Shown here: in pieces, positions 54,701-64,000 of the stretch
Position numbering within the stretch: position 1 is the stretch's first letter
How the letters are laid out: the number at the start of each line of letters is the position of its first letter
From: Tubiluchus corallicola
Lineage: Eukaryota > Animalia > Priapulida
DNA length: 64,000 bases
NCBI GenBank assembly: GCA_030141605.1
Contig: JAQGDQ010000940.1
Span: 14,923-78,922 of the forward strand
Direction of reading: 5' to 3'
Position numbers and translations under genes: made by a program
The notes under the pieces: model-generated
Seen by the model: only the letters and a program-made list of their open reading frames with translations
What the model was told of the DNA's origin: nothing
Databases searched by the model: none

Positions 54701-56966
54701 TTCCGTAAATTCAGCAGTAGCTAGGGCTGTAGAGAAGGATTTTCTAAATCCAAATTGTAATTTTGATAAAATATTGTTTGTGTTGAAAAAACCATTTAAG
54801 CATTTAGAGATTACATTTTCAAAAATTTTTGAGACGACGGATAGGTTTGAAATTGGTCGATAGTATGGGTTAAGTGGAGATTCAGATTTATAAATAGGAG
54901 TGACTTTGGCTATTTTTGGGCAGTTAGGAAAGATTCCATGACTTAAGGAGTTATTTATTAGTTTGCTTAGGATTGGAGCAATTACCTCGGATGCTAGTTT
55001 ATAAAATTTGGTTGGAATATTATCAGGTCCAGGGGATTTATTAGCACTGAGTTTAACTAAGGCACTTTTGATTTCTTCAGTAGTTACGGGATCAAGAAAG
55101 ACGGAATAACGGTTTGGGGGCGGTAAGTAGCTTAGAAAAGCAGGAGAAGCAGATGGTATTTTTTTAGCCATATTGGAGCCAACCGATTGGAAAAAATGGT
55201 TGAAGCTATTCGCTATTGACGTAGAGTCAGTATAGCTTTTTCCATTCACTTCAAGTTGTGAAGGAATGGTATGCTTTTTATCTTTCAATTTTAAGCACTG
55301 CCAATAGTTCTCCATGTTTTTCTCATGTTGTTTTTGTATAGCTGGAATAAATTATCATAGTATTTCTTTTTTGATGAGGACTTAATATGATTGAGCTTGT
55401 TTGAGTAAGTTTCATAGTAGTTCATTTTGTACACAGAGTTTGATAGTTTATGTGTTTTATATAAACAACTTCTTTTTTGAATTGATTTTAAGATGCCAGG
55501 AGTGACCCAGGGTTTGTGAAATGTCTTTGACTCTCTTCTTGTTAGTGTTCGAGTTGGGGCATGATGATCCAAAATGCAAGACAAAGCATCAATGAAATAT
55601 TCCAATGCACTGTGAAAATGTCATCAGTTTCAGAACTGGGAATATTGGACAATGCTTTCAGATCAGTACAGAAATATTCAGAATTAAACTGTTTAGTGCC
55701 CCTGATGACTGCATTGTTTTGAGCTTTTTTAAAATATGATGAGTTAGTTAATGTGAAAATTGGTAAGTAGTCTGCAACTTCGTATTTGACAATGCCTGTA
55801 GTGAGTGGATGTTGCAGATTATTGGTATATGTATGGTCTATGAGAGTTTGTGAATGAGGGGTCATGCGCGTAGGTTGCGCGATTGCTGGAAAGAAACGGT
55901 TTTCTTATAGCATGTTGAGGTAATTTGAAATAGAAGCATTTTCACTATACTGCAGCAAGTTTATATTTATATCGCCACATATGTAAGCTGTGTTACCAGT
56001 AGAATTAATCAGTTTAAGTAGTTTATCCATTTCTTCATTAAAGCGATTTATGGAGTGATTTGGGTGTCTGTATATCAGACCAAAAATTATTGGAGCTTTA
56101 TTATTTGGGGTTTTTATTTCAATGTATTCAACCTGAATTTTACTAGTAGTTGAAGCTAAAGTATTATGTCTCACTTTCTCACAACAAATACTGAACTTAT
56201 TTGTAACGATAAATTCAATTGATTTGTGTATATATAAACCTACCCCACCTGCTGCAGTAGGAGAGTTTACATTAACAAATTTATAATTTGAAATTTGCAA
56301 TTTCATCAGTTTTTTTAATTTAGAATGACTGGGATTCCACAAATTTCTAAACAGTCCCTACGGGAGTACGAATTTAGTTTGTCCAACTCGTCAGCGTTGT
56401 TTTCAAGTTGCTTTTGTAGATCATGCACCGTATCTTTAAGTGATTTATTCTCTGTTGATAAGATCTTAATTTCCTGTTTTGCCATGTCAAGTTCTTTTTT
56501 GCAGTCATCAAACATATCAGATATGACTACCTGAGATGTTTTTATTTCATCTAGTTCATGGTTAATCTTCGTGATTTTCCTGTCAAGTGTGACCTGGTTT
56601 TGGTTTATAGACGCTAGCTCATCGTCGATTTTCGTCAATTTAACATCCATACCTGTCATCTTTTTTGCTTGATTTGTCTTCCATTGTGATTGAAATGTTA
56701 CCTGTCGCAATTTCAGCTGTGCTTGTGGGAGCCGCCTTGTTGCTAGATAACTGTCTCGTAACCGCTCTCTGGCTGAGCTAATTTGTCGTATTATTGCTAC
56801 CTGCAGTCTGTTTTTTGTTCTTCTTTTCGTCTCCTCTGGCAGCCATCCAATTCCTTAAAACTTATGTGAACAGTAAAGTTCCTTACTTGCCCATAAACAT
56901 AAATTTAGCGTTAATTTTTACAGAGCTTGTTTATTTTGTATCTGTCTATTACCTCCGACAGGTAGA
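51779..56966 (-). mobile_element. Near full-length decayed L2/CR1-group (Crack-like) LINE: coiled-coil ORF1, APE endonuclease, RT, long 3' UTR
   Basis: ORF1 (ATG ~56847; coiled coil, NSYSRRDCLEICGIP). Endonuclease motifs GGVGLYI, IYRHPN, ICGDININLL, TLIDHTYTN. RT motifs SPGPDNI, YRPISNLS, QFGFRK, DLSKAFDTV, GIPQGSVLGPLFFLIYINDL, FADDT. Several frameshifts and internal deletions. The 3' end has a stem-loop and a short TACT-type tail at ~51780-51910. Confidence 0.9.
51964..53021. mobile_element. Non-autonomous hAT DNA transposon inserted in the LINE 3' UTR
   Basis: Perfect 13-bp TIR caggggtgtgcaa / ttgcacacccctg and a perfect 8-bp TSD GTATAAAC (51956-51963 and 53022-53029). A second hAT-like end (caggggtgacc) is nested at ~52420. 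Confidence 0.92.
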
Positions 56967-57108
56967 CTACCAAGTGCCTAACTATGATAAATGATTATTT
57001 GCATGCATTATGCCCAACAATATCATCATCGTCATTATCAACAGTGTTCATGTTTCATGCCAAATCATCCCAGAACTCACCACGAGGAGGTGGCTGCACT
57101 TGAGTTCC
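56967..57108 (-). ncRNA. Truncated HDV-like ribozyme (5' half only; P4', J4/2 and P2' replaced by LINE 5' sequence)
   Basis: P1, P2, P3, L3, P1.1 and the P4 5' strand are present at 57055-57108; array homology stops at ~56967, inside the P4 loop. Confidence 0.8.
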
Positions 57109-57704
57109 ATCTAACTAACTTAATTAAAGGTAATAATAAGATATTACATAATAGATCGCCTAAATAATTACCGTAATAAATTTGCCAAAAAAATTAATCC
57201 AGCATTGCCTACTTGCAGTTGAAGTCTAACTACGAAAGGAGAAAGGAACTGATGTTAAAAGAGAAATACTCGCTAAAAGTTAGTAAGTCTATTGTTCTAC
57301 ATAATATACAATGTACTAACTTAGGTGTAACATTCTAATCATGGCACGACGTGGTGGAACGATAAATGGTCACTACCATGATATGAATATGAGTGATAAG
57401 ATATAGTAGATGTAGGTAAATGTAAACATATTTAGATAAAGTATACATTGCGTTAAATTGGGTGCAACAATCTAATCATGGCACGACATGGTGGAACGAT
57501 AAATGGTCACTACCACGATGTAAATATGAGTCATATGATATAGAAAGTAATTTAAGTAAAACTAAACTTATTAGACCTTACTTGCCTATTCTTTGTAAGT
57601 AAAGAGCTTGACCAAGGTCCCCATTTCTCTTCCCAGCCTTAATCAGCCTAGTAAAAGTTCAAATTATTTTCATTCAGTTTCGTTTCTGTGAACTCGTGTG
57701 GGCT

Positions 57705-57905
57705 GTGCAGCTCTTCGCATGATTTGGCATGAGGTTTTGGCCCCTAAGCTACCAACTGCCTAACTATGATAAATAATTATTCCAAAATTTTACATTTGCA
57801 TGCATTATGCCCAACAATATCATCATCATCATTATCAACAGTGTTCATGTTTCATGCCAAATCATCCCAGAACTCACCACGAGGAGGTGGCTGCACTTGA
57901 GTTCC
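57705..57905 (-). ncRNA. HDV-like self-cleaving ribozyme, copy 1
   Basis: GGAACUC(P1) AA GUGCAGCC(P2) ACC(P3) UCCUCGU(L3) GGU(P3') GAGUUCU(P1', G1-U wobble) GG(P1.1) G AUGAUUUGGCAUGA(P4) [119 nt] UCAUGCCAAAUCAU(P4') GCGAA(J4/2, catalytic C) G-A-GCUGCAC(P2'). Confidence 0.9.
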
Positions 57906-58501
57906 ATCTAACTAACTTAATTAAAGGTAATAATAAGATATTACATAATAGATCACTTAAATAATTACCGTAATAAATTTGTCAAAAAAATTAATCCAGC
58001 ATTGCCTACTTGCAGTTGAAGTCTAACTACGAAAGGAGAAAGGAACTGATGTTAAAAGAGAAATACTCGCTAAAAGTTAGTAAGTCTATTGTTCTACATA
58101 ATATACAATGTACTAACTTAGGTGTAACATTCTAATCATGGCACGACGTGGTGGAACGATAAATGGTCACTACCATGATATGAATATGAGTGATAAGATA
58201 TAGTAGATGTAGGTAAATGTAAACGTATTTAGATAAAGTATACATTGCGTTAAATTGGGTGCAACAATCTAATCATGGCACGACATGGTGGAACGATAAA
58301 TGGTCACTACCACGATGTAAATATGAGTCATATGATATAAAAAGTAATTTACGTAAAACTAAACTTATTAGACCTTACTTGCCTATTCTTTGTAAGTAAG
58401 GAGCTTGACCAAGGTCCCCGTTTCTCCTCCCAGCCTATATCAGCCTAGTAAAAGTTTAAATTATTTTCATTCAGTTTCGTTTCTGTGAACTCGTGTGGGC
58501 T

Positions 58502-58702
58502 GTGCAGCTCTTCGCATGATTTGGCATGAGGTTTTGGCCCCTAAGCTACCAACTGCCTAACTACGATAAATAATTATTTCAAAATTTTACATTTGCATGC
58601 ATTATGCCCAACAATATCATCATCATCATTATCAACAGTGTTCATGTTTCATGCCAAATCATCCCAGAACTCACCACGAGGAGGTGGCTGCACTTGAGTT
58701 CC
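58502..58702 (-). ncRNA. HDV-like ribozyme, copy 2
   Basis: Core identical to copy 1. Confidence 0.9.
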
Positions 58703-59299
58703 ATCTAACTAACTTAATTAAAAATGATAATAAAATATTACCTAAGAGGTCGATTAAATAATTACCGTAATAAATTTGTCAAAAAACTAATCCAGCATTG
58801 CCTACTTGCAGTTGAAGTCTAATTACGAAAGGAGAAAGGAACTGATGTTAAAAGAGCAATACTCGCTAAAAGTTAGTAAGTCTATTGTTCTACATAATAT
58901 ACAATGTACTAACTTAGGTGTAACATTCTAATCATGGCACGACGTGGTGGAACGATAAATGGTCACTACCATGATATGAATATGAGTGATAAGATATAGT
59001 AGATGTAGGTAAATGTAAACATATTTAGATAAAGTATACATTGCGTTAAATTGGGTGCAACAATCTAATCATGGCACGACATGGTGGAACGATAAATGGT
59101 CACTACCACGATGTAAATATGAGTCATATGATATACCAAGTAATTTAAGTAAAACTAAACATATTAGACCTTACTTGCCTATTCTTTGTAAGTAAAGAGC
59201 TTGACCAAGGTCCCCATTTCTCTTCCCAGCCTTAATCAGCCTAGTAAAAGTTTAAATTATTTTCATTCAGTTTCATTTCTGTGAACTCGTGTGGGCTGT

Positions 59300-59500
59300 G
59301 TGCAGCTCTTCGCATGATTTGGCATGAGGTTTTGGCCCCTAAGCTACCAACTGCCTAACTATGATAAATAATTATCGCAAAATCTTACATGTGCATGCAT
59401 TATGCCCAACAATATCATCATCATCATTATCAACAGTGTTCATGTTTCATGCCAAATCATCCCAGAACTCACCACGAGGAGGTGGCTGCACTTGAGTTCC
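59300..59500 (-). ncRNA. HDV-like ribozyme, copy 3
   Basis: Core identical; substitutions only in the P4 loop. Confidence 0.9.
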
Positions 59501-60099
59501 ATCTAGCTAACTTAATTAAAGGTAATAATAAGATATTACGTAATAGATCGCTTAAATAATTACCGTAATAAATTTGTCAAAAAAATTAATCCAGCATTGC
59601 CTACTTGCAGTTGAAGTCTAACTACGAAAGGAGAAAGGAACTGATGTTAAAAGAGAAATACTCGCTAAAAGTTACTAAGTCTATTGTTCTACATAATAGA
59701 CAATGTACTAACTTAGGTGTAACATTCTAATCATGGCACGGACGTGGTGGAACGATAAATGGTCACTGCCATGATATGAATATGAGTGATAAGATATAGT
59801 AGATGTAGGTAAATGTAAACATATTTAGATAAAGTATACATTGCGTTAAATTGGGTGCAACAATCTAATCATGGCACGACATGGTAGAACGATAAATGGT
59901 CACTACCACGATGTATATATATGAGTCATATGATATAGAAAGTAATTTACGTAAAACTAAACTTATTAGACCTTACTTGCCTATTCTTTGTAAGTAAGGA
60001 GCTTGACCAAGGTCCCCGTTTCTCCTCCCAGCCTATATCAGCCTAGTAAAAGTTTAAATTATTTTCATTCAGTTTCGTTTCTGTGAACTCGTGTGGGCT

Positions 60100-60300
60100 G
60101 TGCAGCTCTTCGCATGATTTGGCATGAGGTTTTGGCCCCTAAGCTACCAACTGCCTAACTATGATAAATAATTATTCCAAAATTTTACATTTGCATGCAT
60201 TATGCCCAACAATATCATCATCATCATTATCAACAGTGTTCATGTTTCATGCCAAATCATCCCAGAACTCACCACGAGGAGGTGGCTGCACTTGAGTTCC
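60100..60300 (-). ncRNA. HDV-like ribozyme, copy 4
   Basis: Core identical to copy 1. Confidence 0.9.
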
Positions 60301-60759
60301 ATCTAACTAACTTAATTAAAGGTAATAATAAGATATTACGTAATAGATCGCTTAAATAATTACCGTAATAAATTTGTCAAAAAAATTAATCCAGCATTGC
60401 CTACTTGCAGTTGAAGTCTAACTACGAAAGGAGAAAGGAACTGATGTTAAAAGAGAAATACTCGCTAAAAGTTAGTAAGTCTATTGTTCTACATAATATA
60501 CAATGTACTAACTTAGGTGTAACATTCTAATCATGGCACGACGTGGTGGAACGATAAATGGTCACTACCATGATATGAATATGAGTCATATGATATAGAA
60601 AGTAATTTAAGTAAAACTAAACTTATTAGACCTTACTTGCCTATTCTTTGTAAGTAAGGAGCTTGACCAAGGTCCCCGTTTCTCCTCCCAGCCTTAATCA
60701 GCCTAGTAAAAGTTTAAATTATTTTCATTCAGTTTCGTTTCTGTGAACTCGTGTGGGCT

Positions 60760-60960
60760 GTGCAGCTCTTCGCATGATTTGGCATGAGGTTTTGGCCCCT
60801 AAGCTACCAACTGCCTAACTATGATAAATAATTATTCCAAAATTTTACATTTGCATGCATTATGCCCAACAATATCATCATCATCATTATCAACAGTGTT
60901 CATGTTTCATGCCAAATCATCCCAGAACTCACCACGAGGAGGTGGCTGCACTTGAGTTCC
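60760..60960 (-). ncRNA. HDV-like ribozyme, copy 5
   Basis: Core identical to copy 1. Confidence 0.9.
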
Positions 60961-61556
60961 ATCTAACTAACTTAATTAAAGGTAATAATAAGATATTACG
61001 TAATAGATCGCTTAAATAATTACCGTAATAAATTTGTCAAAAAAATTAATCCAGCATTGCCTACTTGCAGTTGAAGTCTAACTACGAAAGGAGAAAGGAA
61101 CTGATGTTAAAAGAGAAATACTCGCTAAAAGTTAGTAAGTCTATTGTTCTACATAATATACAATGTACTAACTTAGGTGTAACATTCTAATCATGGCACG
61201 ACGTGGTGGAACGATAAATGGTCACTACCATGATATGAATATGAGTGATAAGATATAGTAGATGTAGGTAAATGTAAACATATTTAGATAAAGTATACAT
61301 TGCGTTAAATTGGGTGCAACAATCTAATCATGGCACGACATGGTGGAACGATAAATGGTCACTACCACGATGTAAATATGAGTCATATGATATAGAAAGT
61401 AATTTACGTAAAACTAAACTTATTAGACCTTACTTGCCTATTCTTTGTAAGTAAGGAGCTTGACCAAGGTCCCCGTTTCTCCTCCCAGCCTTAATCAGCC
61501 TAGTAAAAGTTTAAATTATTTTCATTCAGTTTCGTTTCTGTGAACTCGTGTGGGCT

Positions 61557-61757
61557 GTGCAGCTCTTCGCATGATTTGGCATGAGGTTTTGGCCCCTAAG
61601 CTACCAACTGCCTAACTATGATAAATAATTATTTCAAAATTTTACATTTGCATGCATTATGCCCAACAATATCATCATCATAATTATCAACAGTGTTCAT
61701 GTTTCATGCCAAATCATCCCAGAACTCACCACGAGGAGGTGGCTGCACTTGAGTTCC
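61557..61757 (-). ncRNA. HDV-like ribozyme, copy 6
   Basis: Core identical to copy 1. Confidence 0.9.
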
Positions 61758-62353
61758 ATCTAACTAACTTAATTAAAGGTAATAATAAGATATTACGTAA
61801 TAGATCGCTTAAATAATTACCGTAATAAATTTGTCAAAAAAATTAATCCAGCATTGCCTACTTGCAGTTGAAGTCTAACTACGAAAGGAGAAAGGAACTG
61901 ATGTTAAAAGAGAAATACTTGCTAAAAGTTAGTAAGTCTATTGTTCTACATAATATACAATGTACTAACTTAGGTGTAACATTCTAATCATGGCACGACG
62001 TGGTGGAACGATAAATGGTCACTACCATGATATGAATATGAGTGATAAGATATAGTAGATGTAGGTAAATGTAAACATATTTAGATAAAGTATACATTGC
62101 GTTAAATTGGGTGCAACAATCTAATCATGGCACGACATGGTGGAACGATAAATGGTCACTACCACGATGTAAATATGAGTCATATGATATAGAAAGTAAT
62201 TTAAGTAAAACTAAACTTATTAGACCTTACTTGCCTATTCTTTGTAAGTAAGGAGCTTGACCAAGGTCCCCGTTTCTCCTCCCAGCCTTAATCAGCCTAG
62301 TAAAAGTTTAAATTATTTTCATTCAGTTTCGTTTCTGTGAACTCGTGTGGGCT

Positions 62354-62554
62354 GTGCAGCTCTTCGCATGATTTGGCATGAGGTTTTGGCCCCTAAGCTA
62401 CCAACTGCCTAACTATGATAAATAATTATTTCAAAATTTTACATTTGCATGCATTATGCCCAACAATATCATCATCATAATTATCAACAGTGTTCATGTT
62501 TCATGCCAAATCATCCCAGAACTCACCACGAGGAGGTGGCTGCACTTGAGTTCC
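62354..62554 (-). ncRNA. HDV-like ribozyme, copy 7
   Basis: Core identical to copy 1. Confidence 0.9.
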
Positions 62555-63149
62555 ATCTAACTAACTTAATTAAAGGTAATAATAAGATATTACGTAATAG
62601 ATCGCTTAAATAATTACCGTAGAAATTTGTCAAAAAAATTAATCCAGCATTGCCTACTTGCAGTTGAAGTCTAACTACGAAAGGAGAAAGGAACTGATGT
62701 TAAAAGAGAAATACTCGCTAAAAGTTAGTAAGTCTATTGTTCTACATAATATACAATGTACTAACTTAGGTGTAACATTCTAATCATGGCACGACGTGGT
62801 GGAACGATAAATGGTCACTACCATGATATGAATATATGTGATAAGATATAGTAGATGTAGGTAAATGTAAACATATTTAGATAAAGTATACATTGCGTTA
62901 AATTGGGTGCAACAATCTAATCATGGCACGACATGGTGGAACGATAAATGGTCACTACCACGATGTAAATATGAGTCATATGATATAGAAAGTAATTTAC
63001 GTAAAACTAAACTTATTAGACCTTACTTGCCTATTCTTTGTAAGTAAGGAGCTTGACCAAGGTCCCCGTTTCTCCTCCCAGCCTATATCAGCCTAGTAAA
63101 AGTTTAAATTATTTTCATTCAGTTTCGTTTCTGTGAACTCGTGTGGGCT

Positions 63150-63350
63150 GTGCAGCTCTTCGCGTGATTTGGCATGAGGTTTTGGCCCCTAAGCTATCAA
63201 CTGCCTAACTATGATAAATAATTATTGCAAAATTTTACATTTGCATGCATTATGCCCAACAATATCATCATCATCATTATCAACAGTGTTCATGTTTCAT
63301 GCCAAATCATCCCAGAACTCACCACGAGGAGGTGGCTGCACTTGAGTTCC
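63150..63350 (-). ncRNA. HDV-like ribozyme, copy 8
   Basis: Core identical except U>C at the basal P4 pair (A-C mismatch). Confidence 0.85.
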
Positions 63351-64000
63351 ATCTAACTAACTTAATTAAAGGTAATAATAAGATATTACGTAATAGATCG
63401 CTTAAATAATTACCGTAATAAATTTGTCAAAAAAATTAATCCAGCATTGCCTACTTGCAGTTGAAGTCTAACTACGAAAGGAGAAAGGAACTGATGTTAA
63501 AAGAGAAATACTCGCTAAAAGTTAGTAAGTCTATTGTTCTACATAATATACAATGTACTAACTTAGGTGTAACATTCTAATCATGGCACGACGTGGTGGA
63601 ACGATAAATGTCACTACCATGATATGAATATGAGTGATAAGGTATAGTAGATGTAGGTAAATGTAAACATATTTAGATAAAGTATACATTGCGTTAAATT
63701 GGGTGCAACAATCTAATCATGGCACGACATGGTGGAACGATAAATGGTCACTACCACGATGTAAATATGACTCATATGATATAGAAAGTAATTTACGTAA
63801 AACTAAACTTATTAGACCTTACTTGCCTATTCTTTGTAAGTAAGGAGCTTGACCAAGGTCCCCGTTTCTCCTCCCAGCCTTAATCAGCCTAGTAAAAGTT
63901 TAAATTATTTTCATTCAGTTTCGTTTCTGTGAACTCGTGTGGGCTGTGCAGCTCTTCGCATGGTTTGGCATGAGGTTTTGGCCCCTAAGCTACCAACTGC

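Larger units (their letters stand above)
56967..64000 (-). repeat. Head-to-tail tandem array of ~797-bp units (about 9 units in window, continues beyond it), one HDV-like ribozyme per unit
   Basis: Marker tgcctaact recurs at 56975, 57757, 58554, 59352, 60152, 60812, 61609, 62406 and 63202, and begins again at 63998. Units are nearly identical except one 660-bp unit. No long ORF. Confidence 0.97.

Noticed and set aside
56881-56891. 11-bp ccttacttgcc shared between the LINE 5' UTR and the array unit
   Set aside because: Too short, and the flanks do not align; not evidence of homology.
57180-57290. SL RNA/snRNA (Sm-site-like AAU7GA) or plus-strand hammerhead (cugaug..gaaa) within the unit
   Set aside because: No SL-type donor and stem-loop arrangement; CUGAUGUU breaks the CUGANGA core and stems are missing. 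No plus-strand ribozyme was found.
57582-57647. 66-nt minus-strand exon-like segment in each unit (ttttactag| ... |gtaagg) translating to LIKAG(K/R)RNGDLGQA(P/L)YLQRIGK, reminiscent of an amidated neuropeptide precursor repeat
   Set aside because: Three of nine units carry TAG in that frame, the other frames have stops in other units, and no signal-peptide or terminal exon is visible. Probably chance; spliced reads would revive it.
57055-57732. 14-bp inverted repeat tcatgccaaatcat/atgatttggcatga read as MITE or Helentron TIRs
   Set aside because: No TSD or terminal hairpin; fully explained as the P4 stem of the HDV-like ribozyme.

Overview
AT-rich animal genomic DNA, probably from an invertebrate (GT-AG introns, LINEs, MITEs). 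The left 28 kb holds four genes: a multi-C2H2 zinc-finger gene (-), CDK10 with an intronless coding region (+), a two-exon mTERF4-like gene (+), and a multi-exon cell-adhesion gene (-) with 3 Ig domains, one FnIII domain and a GPI-type tail. The middle is repeat-rich: a Penelope-like remnant carrying a minimal hammerhead ribozyme motif, MITEs, RT fragments and mini/microsatellites. The right end holds a decayed L2/CR1-group LINE (-), directly abutted at its 5' end by a head-to-tail array of ~797-bp units that runs off the window. Main result: each unit encodes a canonical HDV-like (nested double pseudoknot) self-cleaving ribozyme on the minus strand, with 8 complete 201-nt copies and a 119-nt insertion in the P4 loop. 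The array therefore looks like a non-coding, HDV-ribozyme-based retrozyme-like element. All structures were derived by eye; activity and novelty are untested.
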